The notes: generated from the letters alone by a model not told the origin. A stretch of DNA of 64,000 bases from Octopus vulgaris (GCA_951406725.2 OX597821.1:24180001-24244000); one strand, 5' to 3'. Counted from the stretch's first letter, positions 1-13,761 are shown. Numbers and translations are program-made.

Positions 1-1309
1 CAAAATTCATTGCTCTTGTATGTACGAGAGTTTGTATTTATGAAGCTGTTCGTTTGTTGAATTGTCATGTTTGTCTGGTTTTCTTTTTAAGTGCTGCTGT
101 CCGCGTTTGCTTGTTCAAATGTCATCTTCTCTTTCGCCTTTAAAAAAAAAAATCATTAAGTCTGTGCTGTTGTTTCCACAAATTTCTAATTTTGGGGCGT
201 TTTCTGGCTAGCACCTCTCACTGCCCCCTCAGAAAAACGGCGCCATAGTAAAAATACGAGGAAATGAATGTTTCAAATTACATCAAACCAACTGAAGTGT
301 TCTTAAATCCACCCGACAGGAAAAATGCTTTTTATTCTGTACAATGTAGTAAATCAAAATCTTTCATGAAGCTGTGTTAGAACACGTCCACTCAACTCAA
401 AACGCAGCCACAACAACAGCAATAATAATTCTTTCTAATTTCAGGCCAGCCGGTTCATTCGTATTGACACCCAGAACGTTTCTCCGAAAACGTAATCGCT
501 GTTCATTATCGCTAGTCGTCTATGGATTGCTAAAGTGTAACTTCTACGATCCCATTGTCCGACTGGTGGCAGGCAGTGATAGACTGACAACATTCTAGAA
601 GCTAGAATGTTATGTATGAACTAGGACTGTAGCTGCGTTAAAAAGACGAGCTGCGGAAGATGCGCCTTACGGATGGTAATCTTATCCACTCACTATCTGG
701 GGAACCTCCGCAGATTTCATGGCTTCATTATATTCCTGTGCATGAAGAGCCGTAGCATACAACGGTCCCCGTACATATGGTGCTAGATGAAGATGGACCG
801 CCTGACCAAAGGAAAGCGTTCGAAGGAATGCGTTCCATCTACAAGAATCCCAAAGTGCAGTCACTCCAGTCCATTTCCGTTCGACCTTTTAGAGATTACT
901 TCTTGGCCTATTTCTAGGTAAGACTAGTTGTTCTGTATGTGGCCTCATCCCAGTTCCGGGCCGAACCAGACCTCAATCAGTTTAATAAGTCCGTCGGTTC
1001 TGAGCGGTGGCCGTTCAATGAGCAGATATTGCTGTACCTTTCTGTGGTACAGCTTTTGAAGAAGGGACTGAAACCAGCTGCTTTGTGGACAGTCACCAAG
1101 CAGCAAATAAACCTTTGGATGGTTCTCTTTATATCCTTTTGGGTAACCTTTGATGTTAAGTGCATTTAGTGCTGTAGTTGTTGCTAACATCTTTATCACT
1201 AGGTTTCTTTTTTAAAATATCTGTTTCAATTGATTTTGAAAATAATGAAGGATTTAATAAAAGAATTTTGTCATTGTTAAATCGATGTTTGCAAACTTTT
1301 ATCTTTTAA

Positions 1310-2127
1310 TAGTTTCAGTCATGGTATCACACATGCATGCAATCGGCCTCTATTTGCCGAACCGTTAAGTTACAGGGTCGTAAACAAACCAACACCAGTT
1401 GTCAAAGCGTGGTGGGTGACAAATGCACACATACATACATACATACATACATACATACATACATACAAATGTATGTATACGTATGCATGTATGCATGAAT
1501 GTATGTGCGTATGTCATTATTCAGTTTTATTTCAAGATTTCTTGCCAATAGAGAAAGAGCAGGATATTTAACTTAGATCCAAGGTTCCTTCATTGGTGAT
1601 TCAACAACACCAACAGAGTACTTTTGTATGTATGTATGTATGTATGTATGTATGTATGTATGTATGTATGTATGTATGTATGTATGTATGTATGTATGTA
1701 TGTATGTATTTATGTATGTATGTATGTTTGTTTGTATTATGTATGTATGTATGTATGTATGTATGTATGTATGTATGTATGTATGTATGTATGTAGGTAT
1801 GTATGTATGTATGTATGTATGTATGTATGTATGTATGTATGTATGTATGCATGTATGTATGTATGTATGTATGTATGTATGTATGTATGTATGTATGTAT
1901 GTATGTATGTATGTATGTATGTATGTATGTATATGTATACAAACACACACACACATGCATACATATATGACGGGCTTCTTTCAGTTTCCGTCAACAATAT
2001 CAACTCACAAGGCTTTGGTAAGTCTGGTGTTAAAGAAGAAAACACTTGTCCAAGATGTCCCACAGTGGGATGAGCCCAGAACCATGTGGTTGGAACGCAA
2101 ACTTCTTACCACACAGCCACGCCTGCC
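1310..2127 (-). mobile_element. SINE A with greatly expanded internal (ATGT)n
   Basis: Head at 1960-2127 and tail at 1310-1430 are separated by tetranucleotide arrays. Confidence 0.75.
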
Positions 2128-2197
2128 TCTAAAGCTAAAACATATAAGCTAATATGAACTAAAATGGAATACTGATGCTAGATTTTATTCAAATACT

Positions 2198-2352
2198 GCA
2201 GGAGTGGGTGTGTGGTAAGTAGCTTGCTAACCAACCACATGGTTCCGGGTTCAGTCCCACTGCGTGGCATCTTGGGCAAGTGTCTTCTGCTATAGCCCCG
2301 GGCCGACCAATGCCTTGTGAGTGGATTTGGTAGACGGAAACTGAAAGAAGCC

Positions 2353-2409
<57 letters not shown>

Positions 2410-2627
2410 TTGTGTGTCTGTGTTTGTCCTCCTAGCATTGCTTGACAACCGATGCTGGTGTGTTTACGTCCCCGTCACTTAGCGGTTCGGCAAAAGAGAC
2501 CGATAGAATAAGTACTGGGCTTACAAAGAATAAGTCCCGGGGTCGATTTGCTCGACTAAAGGCGGTCCTCCAGCATGGCCGCAGTCAAATGACTGAAACA
2601 AGTAAAAAAGAAAAAAGAGAAAGAGAG
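2198..2627 (+). mobile_element. tRNA-derived SINE family A (internal microsatellite)
   Basis: A/B-box-like head (TGTGTGGT...GGTTCAGTCCC), internal (TA)n(TG)n, tail GACTGAAACAAGTAAAA. Multi-copy in this window. Confidence 0.88.
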
Positions 2628-3116
2628 AACAGGACATTTGTATTACTGAGCTAAAAACGGTCTCAGACGGGTTGGTGTCAAAAAGGTCTTAAAGGCAAGG
2701 AACCGGCTGACTCGTTAGAACATCGGATAAAATGCTTTGCGGTACTTTCTCCGGCTCTGTATGTTCTCAATTCAAATCCTACCAAAGTCAAATTTGCTCT
2801 CATCCTTTCGGACTCGTACCAGTCGATAGTACTGATGAATTTGTCCCTTTCAAAATTGATGTCTTTGTGCCTAAATCTGTTGCTGTTGAGTCTGCAGATC
2901 CTCAAAGTCCTCCCAACAATGACCGTTCCATTTTTTTATTTGTCATTTAGACAGAGTATTTCTAGGATCTTATTATCCAAACACAGTCTTTTCTCTTTCA
3001 AGATAATAGAGCGTGAATTGAGAGAAATTTGGCTGCCACGACTAGCAGGTCGAGCGATCACGTAGAGTTTTCCTTGTTAAGTGCTGGTGTTGTTTTTGAT
3101 GATGATAATAATAATA

Positions 3117-3500
3117 ATCCTTTCTACTAAAGGCACAAGGCCTGAAATTTGCGTGGGGATGTGTCACTAGTCGATTACATCGGCCCCAGTGTTTCACTGG
3201 CACTTAATTTATCGACTTCGAAAGGATGAAAGGCAAAGTCGACTCGGCGGAATTTGAACTCGGGACGTAGCGACGGGTGAAATAGCTATTTCTTTACTAC
3301 CCACAAGGGGCTACACACAGAGAGGACAAACAAGGACAGGCAAACAGATTAAGTCGATTACATCGACCCCAGTGCGTAACTGGTACTTATTTAATCGACC
3401 CCGAAAGGATGAAAGACAAAGTCGACCTCGGCGGAATTTGAACTCAGAACGTAACGGCAGACGAAATACTGCTAAGCGCTTCGTCCAGCGTGCTAACGAT
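3117..3500 (-). mobile_element. SINE B nested or dimeric pair
   Basis: Two cores joined at ~3285. Confidence 0.85.
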
Positions 3501-3682
3501 GATAATAATACTAATAATGCTGCTGCTGCTGCTGCTGATGATGATGATGAAGATGAAGCAACTTCTGGGATATTTTTCTAATAGGTAAAAAATGTAATAA
3601 TCACTTCCAGGCATTAACTGGGTTTATAGGTTGATTTTTAAACTTGTTTAAAGTACATTTCCGGTCAGGAGATGTTTCTTAC

Positions 3683-3683
<1 letters not shown>

Positions 3684-3762
<79 letters not shown>

Positions 3763-3962
3763 AATATTTTCCATTCGCTTTTAATTACTAAAATTTACGT
3801 AATTGCAATAAAATATTTCAATAGGTTTAATTACTCCGGTTAAAAAATACACATCATCATAACCGCCACTACCACCGTCACCACCATCACTATGGCCTTC
3901 CACCACCACCACCATCACCACTAACAACAAAATAGTAATTAAGATTTCATACATTTCTGACG

Positions 3963-4018
<56 letters not shown>

Positions 4019-5162
4019 ATAATAATAATAATAATAATAATATTAATAATAACACCAACAACAACAATTGTAAAGCAAGAAATGAGGCGATGCATTTGAT
4101 TGGAGCTTTTTCTTGGCAATGTATAATTGCTGTGTTTCTCAGCCGATTTCTTCATTATAGAAGTTCACAGTTGCCTCTTTTAATTAATTACCTGCCTTCA
4201 TCTCGTTATTTCATTTCAACTTCTTGCGTAATTAAACAGTAATTCCTGATATTTACAACAACAACAACAACAACACGACGACCACCACCAACTACAATAA
4301 CAGCATTGACAGCAACAACAACAACAACAACAGTAATACCAACAATAATAATTTAGTCGAAAGTAATCACCATAATTTCTATGATGATGATGATGATGAT
4401 GATGATGACGATGACGATGATAAGTATTATGATGAGGCTGATGGAAATGATTACAATGACAGTGGTGGTGTAATAACGATGACAACGGTGGCAATGGTGG
4501 GGATAATGGGCTTGAAGACGATAACGATGTTGATGATGATGACAACGACGTTGGTAGTGGTGGTGGTGATGATGATGATGATGATGATGATGATAATGAT
4601 GATGATCTAGATAATGATCATCATCATCTCCATCACCACCATCACCTTCACTATCTTCCTCCTCCTCCTCCTCCTCTTCCACTTCCACCTCCTCCACCCC
4701 ATCGCCATCATTATGTGTTGAATAAAATATTCCAGCATTTCTCTCGGGAAAGGTATGAACACCTAACCCCACCCCATCCCCCCTAACCCTACACTACCCC
4801 ACCACCATCGTTCTACTAGATCATTATTATATTCACGTTAGAAAAGGCGGCCTGCTAGCAGAAACGTTAGCACGCCGGGCGAAGTGCTTTGCAGTATTTC
4901 GTCTACCGTTACATTCTGAGTTCAAATTCCGCCGAGGTCGACTTTGCCTTTCATCCTTTCGGAGTTGATTAAATAAGTACCAGTGGCGGTAGTGGCAGTA
5001 ATGTGGTGGCGTTGGTGGTGGTGGCGTTGATGGTGGTGGCAGCGGTGATAGTGATAGAGGCGGTGGTGATGATGGTGATGATTATGATAATGATAGTGAG
5101 AGAAATAAAGATGACGATGACGACGACGACGACGATGATGATGATGACGACGACGACGATGT

Positions 5163-5193
<31 letters not shown>

Positions 5194-5210
5194 CATGATG
5201 ACGACGCTCA
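3684..5210. repeat. Cluster of trinucleotide microsatellites (AAT, GAT, ACT, CAA, GGT, GAC)
   Basis: Seen directly. Similar blocks at 43295-43415, 50408-50530 and 50875-51125. Confidence 0.95.
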
Positions 5211-6012
5211 GGACAAACTGATTTTCGTTGTCCATGGAAGTATTTCTTTTTCTTTTTTTAAGACTAAAAATTGCGAACGTAGAAATAAAGTATATTTTGC
5301 AATTTATTAAATGTAACCGAAGCATACGACTTCGTGACCCCAAATACGTAGTGCCACCAAGAACGCAGCGCTTTCATGAACCCACAAGTGTGTTGCACAT
5401 CAGCACTGCCGAATTGCTGATGTCTTCACCCGACCCTGAAAATGATATAACCTTTTCTTTTCTAGCTGGTATGTTGTAGTCTTAGGGAAATTTGTCTGCT
5501 ATCTCTAGCGATTCCAGTGACCAAAAAGGGGTTCTTCCCATCCGTTGTTACCGCTGTTGTCGTTCTTGCTTGTTATTTTTATTGTATGATCGCAATCTTG
5601 TCGTAAATAGATGCTGCATTAGTTTATTTCCCCAACGCCCTGGTTACAATACGAAAATAAAACCCAGATGCCACACGACCCAAAAGCAACATAAACCGGC
5701 TGTTTCAGAGTCTGAAGAAAAAAAAAAAATTCTGTGGTCGAAACGAAAATATTATTTCAGTGAGTTAAACTTTTAAACGCAACCGTGCGCATTCCCACGT
5801 CACCTCCAGAAATCAACAAGCTTTGATCTGATAAACACCAACTTTACTGTCAGTTTATGAAAATATTATCTTTTGTTAATAAAACAATTTGCATATTTTG
5901 TTCACCCTCGCCTCTCTCCCTCTTGGTTGCTAACTCTTTCATTCTGTCTTTCTTTCACTCCGCATACATACATACATACATACATACATACATACATACA
6001 TACATGCATGCA

Positions 6013-6044
<32 letters not shown>

Positions 6045-6096
6045 CCTACAAGTAAATATATATGTATGTATTTATAACATGTATATGTGTATGTGG

Positions 6097-6148
<52 letters not shown>

Positions 6149-6379
6149 GGAAGCAAAGTTACAAAAGTGACTCAACGGCCTTACGTATGTATGTCTGTTT
6201 GTGAGTGTGCGTGTCTGTATGTGATTATTTATAGCAATTAGATGGGCAAATTTTTCGCAATTATAACAAAAATATTTATTTTGTGCAAAGCGATTAACAG
6301 TGAGCTCAATGAAAGAGCTAACAGAAATCTACTTCAGGGTACGCGTGCGCACACACACATACACACATACACACACACA

Positions 6380-6425
<46 letters not shown>

Positions 6426-6778
6426 TACATAATATAATCTAAATGTCTCATTGTGTTTCTAGTAATCAGATGTTCTTAAAAGTATATTGACATGTGATGC
6501 TTCATCAGCGGACTAGTACAGCGAGTCGTATGAAAGATCTATATATACCGTGGCGTAGAAACCGATGATGTACTGAAATAGCAGAAAGACCAAGGATACA
6601 AATGCACTCAGTGAGAACTGGAATCGCTGAAATTAATATCGCAGAATGTATATTCCAAGTGTTGTATCATATTTTCAACAGAATTGCATTGCAAAAAATT
6701 GGAATTGAACTTCTGTCTGTATCAAATACGTACTGAAAAACTTTGAAAACCAAACGACATATTATCTACCTTCCCTTC

Positions 6779-7434
6779 CTACATATGGTAAAGAATCCAC
6801 TTCTCATCACCTGTAACAAGCCTTTCTAGAAACGTTGCTTGAAAGTGTCGCGAAAGCAATGATTGACAACAAGCAGCACGCTGTTGTCGATTCTCTGGAG
6901 ATAGCTCATGAGGGACCCATTTTCCAGCCACTGAAACCTTTCCAATGTGTTTTAGCTGGTGAACCAGGGTTGTATGGGACACGTTTAACTGCTCTGCAAG
7001 TTCCCTAGTGGTAACGGTAGGGTTCTCTGAAACAAGGACTTCCAACATTTCGGAATCAAGTTTTTTTGGACGACCCTCTTTTGGCTCTTCTTTCAAAGTG
7101 AAATCACCACTTCGGAAACGGGAAAACCACCTCCTGCAACGTCTTTCATTCACTACATCATCCTCATAAGTTCTCTGAATAGATCTTGCTGCCGCACTTG
7201 CATTAACACCTTTATGAAGCTCGTAGAGTATAAACATTTATGTAATCTTTAGATGGGACAAACATGGTAGTAAAGTTTTCTGAGAATCATGGTCAGAAGT
7301 TAGATAATGTGAAAAAAAATAGTACAAATTAGACACAAAGATATCTTAAAACTATAAGAAAAGGTTAAAAAATTGATAAATTCGCTCTGAAACATTTTTT
7401 CTAGAAATCAGACGTTACTTTTGCACCAAACTGA
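6779..7434 (-). mobile_element. Mariner transposon, 5' half (3'-truncated, frameshifted)
   Basis: ORF has HTH region, WFSRFRSGD, GRP, GKWVPHEL and LVTGDEKW. A TIR-like end TCAGTTTGGTGCAAAAGTAACG next to TA lies at ~7411-7436. Confidence 0.9.
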
Positions 7435-7438
7435 TATA

Positions 7439-7800
7439 TCTCTATGTTATAATTCTGAAATGCAAAAAGTTTGTTTGTCTGGTTTTGGCATTGAGAACGG
7501 GTTAAAGGCCACTAGATCCCGTCGGATTGACCCCAAAATTTACAGGGACATGTAAAATGAGGTGAGGATGCGAGTGGGCTAGGTTAGAATTCTCCATCTT
7601 AAAAGGTGTCGTTGCTAGGGCCAAAAACGCACACTTTGACAAGCCTATTCTCATTCTTTTATGTATCTCTCTTTCTCCATCTCTCACTCCCTTTCCTCCC
7701 TTCCTTTCACGTTCTCTCTATAACGTCGTTTCACAGCATCTATTATCTTTCCCCCGCCGCCATCGCATTCTATTATTGTTAACCTGATGTGCGACTGAAG
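7439..7800 (+). mobile_element. Helitron-like non-autonomous element, 5' region
   Basis: Starts TC..TATAA..GAAATG..TTTGTTTGTCTG. An inverted homologue lies at 9160-9489. Confidence 0.55.
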
Positions 7801-7910
7801 ATTGAAAGCTCCGAATGTCCCGTCCTTGTTTTTCCTGTCCTTTTTTGTATCACCTACTGTCCGAATGTTTTGTTGTCGTCTGATACATTCTTGCTCCATT
7901 TTTTGTTTTG

Positions 7911-7953
<43 letters not shown>

Positions 7954-8801
7954 TGTTGCTTCCTTTATGTTTTTTATCACCACATTCTCCCTCTTTGTTT
8001 CTCTCTCCTTTCTCTCTCACTTTCCCACTCTCTTACTCTTCCTTTCTCTCGGACTCTCCCTCACTTTCTCTTACTCTCTATCTTTCTCTATCTATCTCTC
8101 TCCCATTAATAAACAACAAAAGATCCTGAGTAAGTTGAGAAAGGAAATATTTTGAAAGATCAATCATAAATATCAGGCAGTGACAACGGAAAGGTCTGCT
8201 TCAATGCAGACAGCAAAACACTAACATTTAAAAGGGACAGACGAACTTGCGAGCTGAATAAAAAAAAATATTGGAAACCAATGTTTGAAGGGATAGAATC
8301 TGAGGATAGTAGAGTCACCATGGCTGGCATTTGTTAACGACGGACGGCAAAGTAGTGGCAGTTTAACGGCTGGCGTAATATTTTGAACTTGATGTAAAAG
8401 AAAATTCCTAAACACCAAGATTTGAAGTGATTCTTTCTCACGACAGTAGACTCACCATGGCAAGCATTCAAAACTTCTTCATGATGGACGGCAATACATT
8501 GAAGATTTAAAGGCTGGCGCAAATTTTTTAGCTTGATGTAACAGAGAATTGCTAAACACCCGCTCCTGTAAATTTTAATCCCCTTCCAGTCCCATTTAGA
8601 CCCCTTTTCACATTTTGGTTAATATAACCCGATTTCAATCGGGTCTACTCGGGCCACATTTTATAAGATGAGGAAATTTGTCCTAGAAGTCACGCCTTTC
8701 ATTTGAAGGAAAAAATAGTTGCCATGCAAACTCGCCAGCACTTTTAACATAGGTGTGCATATTTTCAGCTCAACCGACCGCGTAATGCACACATTGTATA
8801 T

Positions 8802-8871
<70 letters not shown>

Positions 8872-9094
8872 ACATATATACGCATTATATATACAAATGT
8901 ATACAAATTATATATATATATATATAATACAGATATATACACTTTGTATATATACATTATATATACATATCTATATATAGAACACACACACACACATAAA
9001 TTAACCCAATAAATATCAGAATCATAATATTTGTTCTCATGATTGTGTGGTCGTCGTGGCGATAATAAAACTCTCTATGAATGCAGACAGACGT

Positions 9095-9159
<65 letters not shown>

Positions 9160-9160
<1 letters not shown>

Positions 9161-9526
9161 TCGAAGAAAGAGTGAAGGCGGCGGGGGAAAGATAGTAGAC
9201 GCTGTCAAATGACGTTATAGAGAGAACGTGAAAGGAAGGGAGGAAAGAGAGAGTGACGGAGGAAGACAGGCAGATAAAAGAATGAGAGAAGACTTGTCAA
9301 AGTGTGCGTTTTTCGCCTTAGTAACCACACCTTTTGAGATAGTGATTTCTAACCTAACCCACTCACATCCTCACCTCATTTTACATGTCCCTGTAAATTT
9401 TGGAGTCAATCCGACGGGATCTAGTAGCCTTTAACCCGTTCCAATGCCAAAACCAGACAAACAAACTTTTCGCATTTCAAATTTATAGATATTGACTAGC
9501 TTAAGGTGACCCGCTCTACGCGCGGG
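9160..9526 (-). mobile_element. Helitron-like elements joined head to tail (3' hairpin+CTAG, then 5' TC of the next)
   Basis: Minus strand: CCCGC gcgtaga GCGGG, 10 nt, CTAG, tcaata, TC tataaatttgaaatg...; the second part is homologous to 7439-7800. Confidence 0.6.
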
Positions 9527-9924
9527 TGATGTTTTGGTTGTTGGACCAATGTATTAATGTAGCATTGTTTTATTGTTTTAAAACGAAAGAGGCAATGTGT
9601 TTATTTCTAAAAAAAAAAAAAGACAAAAAGTCCGCCAATGGGAAGACAGTTCATATTCGATTAGAGCACTCTGGGTATAATCATAAAATAGAAAAATGGA
9701 ATTTCGGTGGCGAATATTGTTGAGGACTCTAAAAAAAAAGTTTTTTAACCTGCAAGGAAGGAATATATATATATATACAAAAGGAATATATATATATATA
9801 TATATATACAAAAACAAGGTTATAACCTCATTAAGGGATAATATAATCCAATGAAAATACTGGTTAGTTACTAATCCATAGAAAGTTTAACTATAAGGTA
9901 CCTATATAAACCTTGGTTCATATA

Positions 9925-10320
9925 CTCTCTTTTACTCTTTTACTTGTTTCAATCATTTGACTGCGGCCATGCTGGAGCACCACCTTTAGTCGAGCAAATC
10001 GACCCCAGGACTTTGTAAGCCTAGTACTTATTCTATCGGTCTCTTATGCCAAACCGCTAAGTCACGGAGGCGTAGACACACCTGCATCGGTTGTCAAGCG
10101 ATGTTGGGGGGACAAACACAGACACACAGACACACAAACACATACACATATATATCTATATACATATATACGACGGGCTTCTTTCAGTTTCCGTCTACCA
10201 AATCCACTCACAAGGCTTTGGTCGGCCCAAGACACTTGCCCAAGGTTCCACGCAGTGGGACTGAACCCGGAACCATGTGGTTGATAAGCAAGCTACTTAC
10301 CACACAGCCACTCCTGCGCC
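9925..10320 (-). mobile_element. SINE A
   Basis: Reverse-complement homologue of 2198-2627. Confidence 0.88.
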
Positions 10321-10381
10321 TATGTATTTAAATATTCAAAAAATAAGAAGAAAATGGAGAGGTAATTAATAAAATATTATT

Positions 10382-10599
10382 TCAGTTCTATATTTAAGAG
10401 ATGAGGAGTTATGCACATTATTTACATTATCTACATTATTTAGATTTGACGGATATTTGTCCTCATCTTGTTTGTTGTTAACACAACGTTTCGGCTGATA
10501 GACACCTGATGAAGGCTGGTGGGTATATCAGCCGAAACGTTGTGCTAATAACAAAAATGAGGACAAATATCCATCAAATGTAAATAATGTAAATAATGC
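10382..10599. repeat. Fold-back PLE-tail element containing an HHR
   Basis: Inverted arms at ~10414-10500 and 10526-10598. Flanked by a 12-bp direct repeat AAAATATTATTT. Confidence 0.75.
10503..10544 (+). ncRNA. Minimal hammerhead ribozyme inside a fold-back element
   Basis: CAC CTGATGA a GGCTG...CAGCC GAAA CG TT GTG. Confidence 0.75.
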
Positions 10600-10700
10600 A
10601 AAATATTATTTATAAAAATTTATTAATTATGAATTATAAATTATGTCGTCCTATTTTATAATTAATAAATAATATTTTATTAATTACCACTCCTTTCTCT

Positions 10701-10764
<64 letters not shown>

Positions 10765-10899
10765 TTACAGATATTGGGTAAAAAATTATTGATTTTAATA
10801 AATTAACAAATTTTATCAAGTAGTTTCGGTATGAAAAAAAGAACCATATTCGGTAAAAACTTATGCAAAAAGTTTTTTTTTTATATATAATTATAACAA

Positions 10900-11681
10900 T
10901 AATTAAGGGTTTAGCAACAAGTTGCTTCACCATATACCGAAAATTTAGAAATAGCAGCCAAAAGACCGCTATTTCTTTTTCCTACAAAATATGTCTTCAC
11001 AGATAACAATATTTGTGACTCACATGCGTAAAAAGAAGAAAAATAATGAAATCAAACAGTCTTCGATTAATTATGAACGCGTTTCTGGATTAGAATTATA
11101 AAAATTCATTTCCTTTCTCAACATAATATTTCGAGAATTATAAATTTGAAAATGCTTGGAAAACTTACTCCAAGTTTACCATGTGCGTCACATGATAGTA
11201 CCGCAGAAAAAGATCCTCAGTTTTGTTATCGGGGAGTGGAATAATCATTATAGATATAGAGTAAAAAATTATTAATTTAATAAATTAACAAATTTTATCA
11301 AGCAGTTTCGGTATGGAAAAGAACTTGGAGGGAAAAACGAATTCACTCGTCTATATAAGTTTGAATATGCTGATTAGCTTGTGTTATGTTCTGATGGCGC
11401 TTGATCAGAAATACAAAGGGTAAGTTTTCCAAGCATTTTCAAATTTATAATTCTCGAAATATTATGTTGACAAAGGAAATGAATTTTTTTAATTCTAATC
11501 CAGAAACGCGTCCATAAGTGATCGAAGACTGTTTGATTTCATTATTTTTCTTCTTTTTACCTATGTGAGTCACAAATATTGTTATCTGTGGAGACATATT
11601 TTGTAAGAAAAAGAAATAGCAGTCTTTTCGCTGCTGTTTCTAAATTTTCGGTATATGGTGAAGCAACTTGTTGCTAAACCC

Positions 11682-11690
<9 letters not shown>
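10900..11690. repeat. Long inverted repeat (~265-bp arms, ~250-bp spacer) between (TA)n tracts
   Basis: 10903-11168 is the reverse complement of 11420-11690. The right arm carries GAAA CGCG TC CATA at ~11503. Confidence 0.85.
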
Positions 11691-11712
<22 letters not shown>

Positions 11713-12030
11713 ACATTTTTTTTGCCATTATAACATGGGCTGTTCTATACAGAACTGTGTTACTACATTTTATCCCCAGGAAAACGTCTTTTCCAGCTGG
11801 TTGACGACGCACAACATGTGTCCGATATATTGTAAGTAAGGGAGCGAATCATTCCCCTCCAACTTAGCAAGACCAGTAGACCATGGTTTCTGTATCTTCA
11901 CCTGTATCTTCACCCGTACTGGATACCTACTTGCAGTCATTCGTCCTTACTCACAATATATAAACAGAGAAGCGGCAGGCAGCCGCTGATCTCGTAACGA
12001 GCAATGTAGCTAGTTTTAAAAACTCTAAAC

Positions 12031-12107
<77 letters not shown>

Positions 12108-12132
12108 AGGTTTGGAGATGATGTACAGGTAT

Positions 12133-12433
12133 TATATATTAGAAGAAATGAGGTAATCAGAAGATCGGATGGTTTATATTTACAGATATTTATTTATATA
12201 TTACATTTTTTACATTTTTTACATATATATCATATCATTTAGATCATTAGCGCTTTCTCCCATTGTAGTGGGATTTTCAAATCAAAATAATTTTGATTTG
12301 AAAACCCCACTAGAATGGGAGAAAGCGCTAATGATCTAAATGATATGATATATATGTAAAACATGTAAAAAATGTAATATATAAATAATTATCTGTAAAT
12401 ATAAACCATCCGATCTTCTGATTACCTCATTTC

Positions 12434-12445
<12 letters not shown>
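12133..12445. repeat. Near-perfect ~310-bp palindrome flanked by (TA)n
   Basis: ~155-bp arms centred at ~12289. The right arm has GAAA GCGC TA at 12321-12330. Confidence 0.9.
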
Positions 12446-12476
<31 letters not shown>

Positions 12477-12491
12477 TATATATCTATATCT

Positions 12492-12522
<31 letters not shown>

Positions 12523-12679
12523 TATATATATACATACACATATACACATACGTGTACACACACACACATATATATGCATGTATATGTATGTGTGTGTGTG
12601 TGTGCGTGTGTGTGTGTATACGTGTATTTGTGTGTTTGTGTGTGTATGTGTGAGTGTTTATATATGTATACGATATATT

Positions 12680-12915
12680 TACACGCTTGGTATATTTGGG
12701 CATTTATATATTCATAATTTACACAGTTCAATATTGAGTCGGGGATTTTTGATCTGAACAGTATTTGTACTCTTTCAGCCAAGCAAAACCTACATTTCTT
12801 TGATCCAATCACATAAGATGTGGATTTTTCGATTATTTTCCATTTAATCGTATACGACGTTTTATTCTCTTTCAAAGGCCAGACGTGGCTGGCAAACTTT
12901 GTGACCTTACTTTTG
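12680..12915 (-). pseudogene. C-terminal GIY-YIG fragment of a second, non-Neptune PLE lineage
   Basis: TKFASHVWPLKENKTSYTIKWKIIEKSTSYVIGSKKCRFCLAERVQIL...LN matches the W.LK...I.W.I...Y...CxxC..E..I...LN pattern of PLE nuclease C-termini. Embedded in microsatellites. Confidence 0.65.
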
Positions 12916-12925
12916 TCTTTATGTT

Positions 12926-13003
<78 letters not shown>

Positions 13004-13036
13004 TTTGTGTGTGTGTTTGTTACAACATATATTACC

Positions 13037-13107
<71 letters not shown>

Positions 13108-13157
13108 CCTATCTGTCTATTTATCTACCTCTGCATATATAACATAATATAATATAA

Positions 13158-13219
<62 letters not shown>

Positions 13220-13257
13220 GTGTATGTATATATATGCACACGCACAATAGTGTAAGG

Positions 13258-13530
13258 TGAAGGAGCGTGGCTTAGTGGTTAGTGCATTTGACGTAGAGTC
13301 ATGAGTTCGATTCCCAGCAGCTCGTTGTGTCCTTGAGCAAGAACTTTATTTTACGTTGCTCCGATCTACTCCTCTGGAAAAATTTAGTAATATCTGTATT
13401 TCAAAGGGTCCGACCTGCCACAGTACGTGTCATGCTGAATCTCCCCGAGAACTACATTAAGGGCACGTTAATTTCACGAACATGTTGTTCCGTTGATCGG
13501 ATCAACTGGAACTCTCGTCGTCGTACCCAA
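13258..13530 (+). mobile_element. tRNA-derived SINE family C
   Basis: TGGCTTAGTGG A-box, GAGTTCGATTCC B-box, tail ATCAACTGGAAC.CTCGTCGTCGTA. Homologue at 44620-44900 (-); related head at 42370-42680 (-). Confidence 0.75.
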
Positions 13531-13761
13531 CGGTCTTTTGGCTGCTATTTCTAAATTTTCGGTATATGGTGAAGCAACTTGTTGCTAAACCCTTAATTAT
13601 TGTTATAATTATATATAAAAAAAAACTTTTTGCATAAGTTTTTACCGAATATGGTTCTTTTTTTCATACCGAAATTACTTGATAAAATTTGTTAATTTAT
13701 TAAAATTAATAATTTTTTTACCCTATATCTGTAATGATATAAATATATATATATATATATA

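Noticed and set aside
540-1199. Non-repetitive-looking ORFs on both strands
   Set aside because: No recognisable motif or splice structure; possibly an old TE remnant.
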